Positions 39,506 through 48,663 of a stretch of 64,000 bases of DNA are shown piece after piece (within the stretch, counting starts at the first letter, position 1; the number at the start of each line of letters is the position of its first letter). This stretch comes from Bacteroidales bacterium (GTDB lineage: Bacteria > Bacteroidota > Bacteroidia > Bacteroidales > UBA932), in assembly GCA_017454335.1 (NCBI GenBank), contig JAFTDE010000060.1, positions 13,102-77,101 on the forward strand, in the 5' to 3' direction. A program made the translations under genes and the position numbers. The notes below the pieces were generated by a model. That model did not search any database and was not told the origin of the DNA. It saw only the letters and a program-made list of their open reading frames with translations.

Positions 39506-41277
39506 ATGGAATCTATAAATTTAACAACGGCATCCCGTTCTTCTTTGGAAAGCTTGTAGAACTTTTCCGCGCTCTGGTAAGCGTCGCTTTCCTTGGAATA
39601 GGCATGCCACATGATGGCTTCGATGACATTGCGCGCCCGGCAGTCATGCAGGCGGTCCTCACGGCCGGTATTCAGCACGGACAGGCCGCGTCCCCACAGC
39701 GGGGTGGTGCGGCACCAGGTGCCGTGGATGTCGTTTTTCATCCACAGGCGGTGCTGGATGAAGTCGGAATAGGGCCAGATGGTCTGGTCGGCATAACGCG
39801 GAAGCGCTTTCTTCCGGTTCATGGCAGGGGACCAGTAGTTGTCCTTTCCGGTCTTCCAGGAAGGCCGGTGGCAGCTGGCGCAGCCCATTTCGGTGAACAG
39901 ACGCTTGCCCTTCTGGACAGCGCTGTCGTGCAGGTTGCGGGCCCGGGGAATCGCCAGACCGCGGTGCCAGACCATGAAGGAATAGAACTCGTCCGCGCTC
40001 ATTTCGGGCTCGAAGTTGTGATAGGGGTTGTCGAACTGGTTGGTTTTCGGATTCAGCAACGCGAACACCGCTTCGGAAATCTCGGCGTCCGTGACCGTGC
40101 CGTCCTTGTTTACGTCCACATAGTAGGGCGAATCCTGGCCCTGCGTCCGGATGGTGGCGATGACCTCCTTGTTCTCAGACATGGCCTTGGCCCAGGCCAC
40201 CGTCGTGTAGAGGAACGGGCGGTCCGGACGGGACACGTTGGTGATATTCCAGATGGCATTGGCTCCGGCGCCGTCCTGCAGCGTTCCGCGCGTCATGGCG
40301 TAGGTGAACTTCTTCAGCAGTTTCCCGCCCATATAGGCGTCCCGTTCGTAATAGTTGCCGTCAGCATCGTATCCGGCCCCGTACACGCCTGCCTGCCAGT
40401 TGTGGTAATAGGCACTGGGCGCGAAATCTCCGGCCGCCTTGTCCCAGAAAGCAGGGTTCAGCTCGACATAGGGCGCTTCGGCTGCATACTGCTGCCGGAT
40501 ATCTTCCTGGGAAATCGCATCGATCAGTCCGGAACCGGGGATGCCGATGGTGCTTTCCAGACGGAATCCCAGCTGATTCCCCTGGGCGCGGGCCGTCTCA
40601 TACGGGGTGGGAGAGGTGTTGAATGCGCTCTCCGGGATCGTCAACTCGGGGTAGATCAGTTCGTATTTCTCGCCGTCCGGGAAGCTCATGGGAAGGCCGC
40701 TGGCCATCGCCGTGACGGGAATCCAGCTGATGGAGATCTGTTTTTCGTCGATCGGGGGAAGGAAAGGAGACTCCGCCATCGTCTGCGGCATGCCTGTCAC
40801 TTCCGCTACATAGGGACCGTCGTTGGGGTTGGTCGCACTCTGGTGGTAGATGACCAGCAGGTACCCGTTTCCGAATGCGCCGGCCCCGTTGGCGTTGTAG
40901 CTGGCCTGCCACTGGCCATGGCCATAGCCGGGATGGCAGTCCAGGCAGGATTTGCGCACAGCCGCCGGGCCGCGCCCCTTGAACGGCGCCTGGCTTACGG
41001 TGACATTCCGTTCAAAGAAAGCCTCTCCTTGATTGAAGGCGCTTTCCAGACCGGCGCGGACCACGGCCGGCGCAGGATCTTCGTATGAACCGGGTGAAAC
41101 ATTGTCCGTCGTACCCAGTTCTCCGCCCGGGTACCACTCTTCGGCGGTAAAATTACCCACCGCCTGACCTACATATTTCGCATCGGACTCTTTGGGTGAA
41201 GGAACATCCGAATTTCTTCTCTCGCAGGAAACGAGCAGGGCCGCCAGGCCGAGAATCATGCACAAGATTTTTTTCAT
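39502..41277 (-). CDS. Di-heme oxidoreductase (DHOR) family lipoprotein
   Basis: Lipobox LVSC; two CxxCH motifs (CLDCH, CASCH); RTTPLWG, LHDCRAR and EAIMWH. Confidence 0.88.
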   Translation of the reverse strand: MKKILCMILGLAALLVSCERRNSDVPSPKESDAKYVGQAVGNFTAEEWYPGGELGTTDNVSPGSYEDPAPAVVRAGLESAFNQGEAFFERNVTVSQAPFKGRGPAAVRKSCLDCHPGYGHGQWQASYNANGAGAFGNGYLLVIYHQSATNPNDGPYVAEVTGMPQTMAESPFLPPIDEKQISISWIPVTAMASGLPMSFPDGEKYELIYPELTIPESAFNTSPTPYETARAQGNQLGFRLESTIGIPGSGLIDAISQEDIRQQYAAEAPYVELNPAFWDKAAGDFAPSAYYHNWQAGVYGAGYDADGNYYERDAYMGGKLLKKFTYAMTRGTLQDGAGANAIWNITNVSRPDRPFLYTTVAWAKAMSENKEVIATIRTQGQDSPYYVDVNKDGTVTDAEISEAVFALLNPKTNQFDNPYHNFEPEMSADEFYSFMVWHRGLAIPRARNLHDSAVQKGKRLFTEMGCASCHRPSWKTGKDNYWSPAMNRKKALPRYADQTIWPYSDFIQHRLWMKNDIHGTWCRTTPLWGRGLSVLNTGREDRLHDCRARNVIEAIMWHAYSKESDAYQSAEKFYKLSKEERDAVVKFIDSI

Positions 41278-41283
41278 GGCTCT

Positions 41284-42498
41284 TTACTGCTTTACGATCC
41301 AGTCTGCGGCTTTGTTCAGTTGTTCGTCCAGATCGGAAACGGCGTCCATGGCCGCCTGCACCGAACTGTCGGCGTAAATCTTGACGAAGGCGCCCTTCGC
41401 CTGGCAGTCGCGCAGCGCTTTGACGGCGGCGTTCAGCCGGGCCTGCAGCGTGGCGCTGTCCGGATATTTCAAGTCACCCAGCAGCGTCATGATCGACTTG
41501 TCGCCCGGGGCCGAAGCGTCCCGACCGCCATAGAGGGTGAACTGGATGGACAGGATGTTGTCGATGAAATCCTGGAAGGACATCTCGCTGTAGGGGGATT
41601 CGATGTAGTTGACATCCTCGCCCGAATGGGCGTTGCCCATCTTGACGTCGGCGACCTCGGCGCAGATGTTCGAACAGCCGCCGATCAGGATGGTGGAGAC
41701 CACTTCTTCCCAGGTCTCGAAGGAACTGCCCAGTTTGGCTGCGCCCAGCATGTTGTCGCCGTAAACCTTGCCGTTGATCCGGGTCTCCGCTTCGATTTCT
41801 TCCATGCGGTCCGTATAGCTCTTCTCCGCTTTCGGATTCCAGGAGGCGTACAGGCGGTAGCAGTTGTCCCGCAGATCCCCGGCCACGGCGGTGGCGTAGA
41901 CCAGCTCCTGGGCGCCGGTGACATTGTATTTGGCAAAGGCTTCATCATCCTCTTTGGCGCGGAGTGCCGCGACCGTCCGGTTCTTGCCGTTGCGGAAGAG
42001 GATGAATTCGATTCCGTGGAAACCCAGCAGCTCCTGTCCCAACTTGGCACCGGCATAGGCGATTCCGTCTTCGCCCCGCAGCATGTCGACCTGGTCGGCA
42101 TTGCTCAGGGCCGTGGCCAGCGCTTCCACGTCCAGCGGCCAGGTGTCGATGTGCGGATCGATGCCGAAGGTGGTTGCCGGTCCGTACAGGAAAGCCTCTG
42201 ACTGCTCCCAGTATTTGCGTGCAGCCAGGAAGCTGGTGCAGATGGCATCGAGTTCGTTCTGTGTCAGGGACTGTACGCCCTTGGCGGAGGCGGCTGCGAG
42301 TGCTTTGTAGAGATTGTCACTTTCGTCGGCGAGCGCCTTGTAGGTGCTGTACACGACCTGGGGGACATAGGTTTCGACGGCTTCCGCCATCTTTTTCTGG
42401 CTGGCGGTCAAGCCGTCAGAGCTTGCATTGTTTTTGTCACAGGCGGCGAACAGGGCGGCAAATGCCGCGACCGCCAGGATTTTACGTACGTTTTTCAT
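41284..42498 (-). CDS. Imelysin (peptidase M75 / IrpA-like) lipoprotein
   Basis: Lipobox FAAC; ARKYWEQSEAFLYGP, IDTWP, GxHxxE (GFHGIE) and ESPYS. Confidence 0.88.
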   Translation of the reverse strand: MKNVRKILAVAAFAALFAACDKNNASSDGLTASQKKMAEAVETYVPQVVYSTYKALADESDNLYKALAAASAKGVQSLTQNELDAICTSFLAARKYWEQSEAFLYGPATTFGIDPHIDTWPLDVEALATALSNADQVDMLRGEDGIAYAGAKLGQELLGFHGIEFILFRNGKNRTVAALRAKEDDEAFAKYNVTGAQELVYATAVAGDLRDNCYRLYASWNPKAEKSYTDRMEEIEAETRINGKVYGDNMLGAAKLGSSFETWEEVVSTILIGGCSNICAEVADVKMGNAHSGEDVNYIESPYSEMSFQDFIDNILSIQFTLYGGRDASAPGDKSIMTLLGDLKYPDSATLQARLNAAVKALRDCQAKGAFVKIYADSSVQAAMDAVSDLDEQLNKAADWIVKQ

Positions 42499-42519
42499 TG
42501 TTTATCGCTTTTATTTGGT

Positions 42520-43773
42520 TTATCGTTTGAAAAATGCCATGTAGGTGATTCCCAGGTTGATGGAAGGCTCGTTGTTGTACGGAGATTTCAGGAAACGGTG
42601 GGAATACTCGGCCTTGACGGCGATTTCCGGGATGGGGAACCAGTTGATACCGGCCGCCACGCGGTGCCGGTCAGTGAAGGGATAGTCCTGCTGGTCCGCT
42701 GCGGGGATGTAGCTGTCATAATACTCGTACCGGGCAAACAAAAACAGCTGGGCTGCGCTCCTGCCGAACCAGGGCAGGATGTCATAGCCCGCCTCGATTC
42801 CGGCGGAAACGGCCTGCCGGCCGACCGGCGTCTTCCGGTAGGGGGCATTGTTTGACGAGAGGTTGCGCTTGACCGTGGACAGGGTCGCCGCATCCTCGAC
42901 ATGTCCGTAATCCGCATTGCCGCGGACGACCAGGCGGTCTCCCTTGTAGGCGAAATCCGTCGCTGCGATGAAGGTCCGGCCTTTTACGCCGGCGTAGCGC
43001 GTATTCTGCAGATCGTTCGGGTAGGAATTGTGCATGGCCCGGCCGTAGAATCCGCTCAGCGAGATCCGCAGACCGTCCAGGCTGAAATTGTCCACGCGTC
43101 CGGCATAACCCAGTTGGTTCGCGACCCGGTACTCATACGGGGATTTGGCGCCGTAGTGGACGAAATGGTCGCGGTCGAACATAAATCCGTCCAGGCCGGC
43201 CGTTACAAGCACTTCGTAGCGCCAGTGCGGGGTGCGGCCCCAGAGGCTGATTCCGGTATCGTGCCAGGTGGAGGGGAGGATCGTGTATTCGCCTTCCGGC
43301 CTGTACACGGTGAAATAATTCAGGGGTTCATGTGCATAGTTCAGTCCGCCGACGGGCACGACAAGATGCCCGGCCCGGATGTTAAGCAACGAGCTGAAGG
43401 ATTTCTGGATCCAGAACTGCTCCAGTTCCAGTTCACCGCCCTTCTCGATTTCGGATTCCCACTCGCCGGCCTCGGTGAATTCCTTCTCCACCGCGCTGCC
43501 GGTTCCGGTATGCTCGAACTCGATTTCGGTCTGCATGCTCCAGCCCTTGCCGAAATCATATCCGAGATAGATCACGGCGTGGGGGATGTCAAAGCGGCCG
43601 TGCGACGGGTCGCCGGCGTATTCGCCGGGACGGGAATAGCGGTACACGTTGTCGCTGTAAAAATTCCTTGAATAGACGGCTTCTCCGTATCCGCCGACCG
43701 TCAGTCGCTGGGCCTGCATGGAAAGCGGGCAGAGAAGGGAAAACAGGCAAATCCAAATAGAAAACCGCTTCAT
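42520..43773 (-). CDS. Outer membrane porin-like beta-barrel protein
   Basis: Signal peptide; GGYGE, EIEFEH, ELEQFW and VKAEY; aromatic C-terminal strand. Confidence 0.72.
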   Translation of the reverse strand: MKRFSIWICLFSLLCPLSMQAQRLTVGGYGEAVYSRNFYSDNVYRYSRPGEYAGDPSHGRFDIPHAVIYLGYDFGKGWSMQTEIEFEHTGTGSAVEKEFTEAGEWESEIEKGGELELEQFWIQKSFSSLLNIRAGHLVVPVGGLNYAHEPLNYFTVYRPEGEYTILPSTWHDTGISLWGRTPHWRYEVLVTAGLDGFMFDRDHFVHYGAKSPYEYRVANQLGYAGRVDNFSLDGLRISLSGFYGRAMHNSYPNDLQNTRYAGVKGRTFIAATDFAYKGDRLVVRGNADYGHVEDAATLSTVKRNLSSNNAPYRKTPVGRQAVSAGIEAGYDILPWFGRSAAQLFLFARYEYYDSYIPAADQQDYPFTDRHRVAAGINWFPIPEIAVKAEYSHRFLKSPYNNEPSINLGITYMAFFKR

Positions 43774-43796
43774 GTCATTCTTCTTTTAATCCGTTG

Positions 43797-43844
43797 CAAA
43801 GTTACCCTGGAGCCGGCTGCGCGTCAATCCCAATTTGTGTGGAT
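43797..43844 (-). promoter_or_regulatory. Porin-operon promoter with palindromic operator
   Basis: Minus strand: ATCCA-CACAAATT-GGGAT (43844-43827), 22 nt, TAACTTTG (43804-43797). Confidence 0.7.
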
Positions 43845-43892
43845 TTCTTTCCGCGGGGATTCCGCCGGCATAGCTTTTTTCGAGAGAAGGGC

Positions 43893-43940
43893 ATCCCCAT
43901 TTATTGGGATTTGATTTGTCTTTCAATTGCCGTAACTTTG
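43893..43940 (+). promoter_or_regulatory. Regulator promoter with the same palindromic operator
   Basis: ATCCC-CATTTATT-GGGAT (43893-43910), 22 nt, TAACTTTG (43933-43940). Confidence 0.7.
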
Positions 43941-43945
43941 CCTAT

Positions 43946-44800
43946 ATGTCAAGTGAGTTCAGTCCCAGCATGAAAATGGCGGATCTCCTGGAAAAGAGTC
44001 CGTCGCTTCCCGGTGTGTTCACGCGGATGGGATTCAGCTTCGGATACGGAGACGCCACGGTGGGCCAGGTCTGCAACGGGGCGGGGACCGATCCGGAGAC
44101 CTTTCTCCTGATCTGCCGTGTCTATTCACAGGATACGTATCTCCCTTCGCGGGAGGATCTGGAAAAAGCCGACCTGTCCGTGATCGTCAAGTACCTCAGC
44201 CTGTCCCACAATTACTACATGAACGTGGCGCTGAAGGACCTGGCCGCCAGCCTGGGCCGCATGATCGTTCCCTGCGGCGACGAGACCCAGCGGGTCATCT
44301 GGAAGTTCTTCACGGACTTCAAGGAGGAACTGCAGAAGCACTTCTCCTACGAGGAGGAATATGTTTTCCCGCATGCCGGGAACTGGGATTCGGATCTCCC
44401 GGAGATCGGCCATTCCGGCGTGGAAGAGACCCTCGAGGATCTCCGAAGCCTGGTGATGAACCACCTGCCGCGGACGGCGGACCAGCAGGAGGCATACAAG
44501 GTGCTGTCCAGCATCAATTCCCTCTCCGACGATATCCGCAAGCATATCCTGCTGGAAGAAACGGCCCTGGAAGGGCACACAGCCGACCGGCAGGATGATA
44601 CATCCCTGTCCGAGCGGGAGAAGGAGGTCCTGGTCTGCGTGGCCCGGGGCATGATCAACAAGGAGATCGCCGACGCGCTGAACATCTCCATCCACACCGT
44701 CATCACCCACCGGAAGAACATCACCCGGAAAACGGGCATCAAGACCGTTGCGGGACTTACGGTCTATGCGCTGCTGAACAAGATGCTCGAACTCCACTGA
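43946..44800 (+). CDS. LuxR-family regulator with RIC/YtfE-like N-domain and hemerythrin-like domain
   Basis: ScdA_N-like start; SHNYY, KHFSYEE, GH and KHILLEE ligand motifs; LSEREKEVL..NKEIAD.LNISIHTVITHRKNI HTH. Confidence 0.87.
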   Translation: MSSEFSPSMKMADLLEKSPSLPGVFTRMGFSFGYGDATVGQVCNGAGTDPETFLLICRVYSQDTYLPSREDLEKADLSVIVKYLSLSHNYYMNVALKDLAASLGRMIVPCGDETQRVIWKFFTDFKEELQKHFSYEEEYVFPHAGNWDSDLPEIGHSGVEETLEDLRSLVMNHLPRTADQQEAYKVLSSINSLSDDIRKHILLEETALEGHTADRQDDTSLSEREKEVLVCVARGMINKEIADALNISIHTVITHRKNITRKTGIKTVAGLTVYALLNKMLELH

Positions 44801-44833
44801 CGGACACGTTTTTTTTCGTACCTTTGCCCTCAG

Positions 44834-45439
44834 ATGATCCGAGTCGCTTGCATAGGGGACAGCATTACCTGGGGATTCACACTCCTGAAGCCCGGGAAGC
44901 AGAGTTATCCGGCCTTGCTGCAGGAAATGCTGGGCCCCGAATACGAAGTGCGGAACTTCGGTTTCAACGATGCAGCCGCCCGCTTTGACTCGGATATGCC
45001 GTATGTAAAGAGGCGGGTCTACCGAAACAGCCTGGCCTGGCAGCCGGACATCGTGCTGCTGATGCTGGGAACCAATGACACCAAGCGCCGCAACTGGGAT
45101 CCGGATATCTTCCGCCGGGACTATTCCGCCCTGGTGGATGCCTACCGGAACCTGCCCTCCCGTCCCCGCGTATTCCTGATCGCGCCCATCCGGATTTTCC
45201 TTCCGATGGGATTTCCGCTGCTGGGGCTGTACCCGGAGACCATGGAAGAGGGCGTGCGTCCGGCCATCCGCGGAATCGCGGCGGAAAAAGGGCTGGACCT
45301 GATCGATCTGCGGGATCTCTTTACGGATTCCACCTACATGATGGACGGGGTCCATCCCCAGCAGAAAGGCGCCCGGATGCTGGCGGAGGCCATTTTTGAA
45401 GCCCTCCGCCCGAACCTTGCAGCCGGCGGCTCCCGCTAG
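44834..45439 (+). CDS. GDSL/SGNH esterase
   Basis: GDSITWG, LGTND and DGVHP motifs. Confidence 0.9.
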   Translation: MIRVACIGDSITWGFTLLKPGKQSYPALLQEMLGPEYEVRNFGFNDAAARFDSDMPYVKRRVYRNSLAWQPDIVLLMLGTNDTKRRNWDPDIFRRDYSALVDAYRNLPSRPRVFLIAPIRIFLPMGFPLLGLYPETMEEGVRPAIRGIAAEKGLDLIDLRDLFTDSTYMMDGVHPQQKGARMLAEAIFEALRPNLAAGGSR

Positions 45440-46905
45440 GGGAGATACCGGGCGGGGCCGCTCCGCCTGACCGAGCGGAACAGGTACAGAATCGGGAAAA
45501 TCTCCAGACGGCCGATCAGCATCTCCACCATCCCCGTCATCTTGAGCACGGGCGGGAAAGCCGCGTAATTTGACATCGACCCGACGTCCCCGAATCCGGG
45601 ACCGACATTGCCGATGCTGGCGATCGAAGCGGTGACGCCCGTAATGAAGTCCAGTCCGAAGGCGATGTTGACGGCCGCGAAAACGACCACGATCAGCAGG
45701 TAGCAGAAAATATAGCCATAGGCCTCGGAGACCTGTTCGTCCGTGCGGATCTTGCCGTCCACGCGGACAAAGACGATGGCGTGCTGGTTCACCGTCATCC
45801 GCACCTTCCGCTGGACGCCCTTCATCGCCAGAATGGCCCGGTCGATCTTGATGCCTCCGGAAGTGGATCCCGAGCAGCCGCAGATGAGCGAACACACGAT
45901 GAGTACCGCCATGCTCAGCGGGGGCCAGAGCGTCGTGTCCTGCGTGGCAAAGCCCGTCGTGGTGGAGATGGAGGCGACCTGGAACGCCGCGTCGCGCAGC
46001 GCCGTGCCGAATGAGGCATATCCGCCCTTGAACATCAGGTCCGCCGTCACGATGACGATGGCAAAGGCCACGAGCCCGAGAAAAACCTTGATGGTTTCGG
46101 ATTTCCAGATGTATCTGGGGCGTCCTTTCAGGAAAGCCAGGAAGAGGATGCCGAAATGGATACCTGCAGCCAGCATGGCGAAGGTCAGGATGATTTCGGC
46201 GGTCGGATTGGCGTAGAACGCGATGCTGGTGTTCCGGGTGCAGAAACCGCAGGTGCTGCAGGCGGACATCGCGTTCGTTGCGGAGTCGAACCAGCCCATC
46301 CCGGTCAGCTTGAGGGAGAAGAAGGTCACCAGGGTCAGGGCGATATAGGTGATGAGCATGCGGTTGGCGAAGCGGTCGCTCCGTTCGCCCGAGAAGGGCT
46401 CCCGCGCCACGCTGGAAATCTCCGCCCGGGACAGGGTGGATTTGTCCAGGCTGCCCGTCATCATGGAGAAGAGCGTGACGATGCCGACGCCGCCCACCCA
46501 GGCGGTGGAGATACGCCAGAACTGCAGGCCGTACGGCAGGGCTTCGATGTCGTTCAGGATGGAGGCGCCGGTCGTCGTGAATCCGGAGACACTCTCGAAA
46601 AGCGCGTTGACGAAGGTGAATTCGCGTCCGTAGAACAGGAAGGGGAGCATGCCGAACAGGCAGGCCAGCAGCCAGGCTCCCACAACGATGCAGTTGCCTT
46701 CCTGGAAAGTCAGCTTGTGATATCCTTTCCGAATGTAAATCAGGGGAAAAGCGCCGACCGTACCGGTCAGCAGGGCGGAGAAGAGCAGTGCCGTCCGGCT
46801 GTCGTCTCCGGGGGTCAGCAGGGCGACAACGCCGGAAAGGAGCATGAGTGCCGAAACGAACAGCAGCGAGATGCCGATAAACCAGGTAATAACCTTCCAG
46901 TTCAT
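45436..46905 (-). CDS. trkH: TrkH family potassium uptake protein
   Basis: FESVSGFTTTG, STTTGF, GSTSGGIK, NVGPG and GRLE motifs. Confidence 0.9.
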   Translation of the reverse strand: MNWKVITWFIGISLLFVSALMLLSGVVALLTPGDDSRTALLFSALLTGTVGAFPLIYIRKGYHKLTFQEGNCIVVGAWLLACLFGMLPFLFYGREFTFVNALFESVSGFTTTGASILNDIEALPYGLQFWRISTAWVGGVGIVTLFSMMTGSLDKSTLSRAEISSVAREPFSGERSDRFANRMLITYIALTLVTFFSLKLTGMGWFDSATNAMSACSTCGFCTRNTSIAFYANPTAEIILTFAMLAAGIHFGILFLAFLKGRPRYIWKSETIKVFLGLVAFAIVIVTADLMFKGGYASFGTALRDAAFQVASISTTTGFATQDTTLWPPLSMAVLIVCSLICGCSGSTSGGIKIDRAILAMKGVQRKVRMTVNQHAIVFVRVDGKIRTDEQVSEAYGYIFCYLLIVVVFAAVNIAFGLDFITGVTASIASIGNVGPGFGDVGSMSNYAAFPPVLKMTGMVEMLIGRLEIFPILYLFRSVRRSGPARYLP

Positions 46906-46969
46906 AGATGTTGCGTTACTGGGGTGCAAAGATATCCGGCGGAAATTCATTTATCAACACAATATTTTT

Positions 46970-46993
46970 TATATTTGCATTGATAAAATCAAT
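46970..46993 (+). promoter_or_regulatory. LysR gene promoter with T-N11-A palindrome (candidate autoregulatory site)
   Basis: TATATTTG at 46970-46977 followed by ATTGAT-AAA-ATCAAT at 46979-46993. Confidence 0.55.
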
Positions 46994-47007
46994 CAATACG
47001 CCGCCGT

Positions 47008-47931
47008 ATGACCCTGCAACAGCTCCGATATATCACAGCCATAGCCGATTACAAGCATTTCGGGAAGGCCGCCGAGGCCTGCGGGCTGACCCAGTCTACA
47101 CTGAGCCTGATGGTAAAAAAGATGGAAGACGAACTGGATGTCCGCATTTTCGACCGGGATTCCCACCCGGTCGAGCCTACGGAGATCGGGCGCAGGATCA
47201 TCGACCAGGCGCGGGTCGTGCTGTATAATATGCAACAGATTCCAGCCCTGATCCACGACGAAAAGGAGGCGCTCTCCGGACCGCTCCGCATCGCGCATAT
47301 CTCCACCGTCGCCCCGGTGCTGATCCCGGGGATCTTCAAATACATGACCCGGACGCACCCAGCCATCACCCTGCAGGTGGAGGAGATGCTGTCCGCGACG
47401 ATCCAGGACAAACTCCGGAAGGCTGAGGTGGACATGGGTATCCTGACCGGTCCCGTGCGGGACGAAGGCCTGCTGGAAATCCCGCTGTACACCGAAAAGT
47501 TCATGGCCTACGTGTCTCCCGGCCATCCTTTCTTCGAGCGAGACAGCATCCGTTCGGAGGAACTGCTGGGCCAGAGCGTCTGGATCATCCGCGACGGTAT
47601 CCGGCAGATCTATCCGGCGGACGTGAAGCGGGGGGAATTTACCTATGAACGCTATTTCGAAGGCGGCCGCGTGGGGCTGCTGATCCAGATCGTCGATGAC
47701 AACGGCGGACTCACCCTCATTCCGGAAACGCACACCGGGCTGATCATGTACAGCCAGCACAAGTGCCTGCGCCCCATCGTCGATCCGGTCCACAGCCGGA
47801 CCATCTCCCTTGCCATCCGCGCGGATTACATCCATGAAGCGAAACTGAATGCGGTCGTGGACGCGGTCCGCGGCATCATTCCGGCCGGACTGCAGGAGAA
47901 CGTTATCCGCCGGGGGACGCTGAAACTGTGA
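47008..47931 (+). CDS. LysR family regulator, OxyR-like but lacking the redox Cys pair
   Basis: MTLQQLRY..HFGKAAEAC..TQSTLS HTH and OxyR-like body; no GHC..C motif. Confidence 0.85.
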   Translation: MTLQQLRYITAIADYKHFGKAAEACGLTQSTLSLMVKKMEDELDVRIFDRDSHPVEPTEIGRRIIDQARVVLYNMQQIPALIHDEKEALSGPLRIAHISTVAPVLIPGIFKYMTRTHPAITLQVEEMLSATIQDKLRKAEVDMGILTGPVRDEGLLEIPLYTEKFMAYVSPGHPFFERDSIRSEELLGQSVWIIRDGIRQIYPADVKRGEFTYERYFEGGRVGLLIQIVDDNGGLTLIPETHTGLIMYSQHKCLRPIVDPVHSRTISLAIRADYIHEAKLNAVVDAVRGIIPAGLQENVIRRGTLKL

Positions 47932-47934
47932 TTA

Positions 47935-48543
47935 TCAGAAGAAGCGGAGCACTTCGTCCAGCGGGCGATGCACCGGCGTCGTCGGATCCTGGGCGCGATA
48001 GCCCAGCGCGATGACCGGCAGGATCGTCTCGTCCTCCGGAATGTTGAACAGCGCGCGCAATGCATCGGCGTCGCGCATGCCCATGATAAGCGTATCGAAG
48101 CCCATGGCCCTGGCTTTCAGGATCAGATAGGCGTTGCTGAGGCCGTTGTCATAAGCGCCCCAGAGGTCTCCGGTGCTGTCCACGGGCTGGCCACGGAAGA
48201 ATCCGGATTTGCCGCGTTCGTAGGTGGAGATGAGGAAGACCGGGGCATTGATGACGCGGTCCTTGTTGCCGCCGATCAGTTCCAGCACGGCTGCGCGCTT
48301 TTCCTCACTGATGGCGACATAGTATTTGCTGGGCTGCTGGTTGGCCCAGGAGGGCGCATTCTGCGTCGCGGTCAGCAGTTCACGCACCTCGGCTTCGGAG
48401 ATGGTTTTTCCTGCCTGGTAGTCGCGGATGCTCCGCCGGGTGGCGAAGACTTCGTCCAGGGTGGGGGCCGCGCTCCGGTTTTCGGTGCAGGCCGTCGTCA
48501 GCAATGCTGCAAACAGGCAGATACAGGGGAGGATGTGTTTCAT
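47935..48543 (-). CDS. Nitroreductase family protein with lipoprotein signal
   Basis: RRSIRDY, APSWANQQP and IALGY motifs; N-terminus MKHILP..LLTTAC. Confidence 0.87.
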   Translation of the reverse strand: MKHILPCICLFAALLTTACTENRSAAPTLDEVFATRRSIRDYQAGKTISEAEVRELLTATQNAPSWANQQPSKYYVAISEEKRAAVLELIGGNKDRVINAPVFLISTYERGKSGFFRGQPVDSTGDLWGAYDNGLSNAYLILKARAMGFDTLIMGMRDADALRALFNIPEDETILPVIALGYRAQDPTTPVHRPLDEVLRFF

Positions 48544-48545
48544 TT

Positions 48546-48663
48546 TCACTGTGCAAATAGTTCCGAAAAGAAAGATACGACCTGCCGGACGACTTCGTCG
48601 CGGTGGCGAGTGATGGTGTGGTTTTCCCCGTCGATGCGCACGAGCCGGGCCGCGTCTCATCAT
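48546..48663 (-). pseudogene. Remnant of an internally deleted alpha/beta hydrolase gene
   Basis: Minus-strand frame reads DAARLVRIDGENHTITRHRDEVVRQVVSFFSELFAQ*, resembling a hydrolase C-terminus with catalytic His. An out-of-frame ATGATG overlaps the peroxidase stop. Confidence 0.55.
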
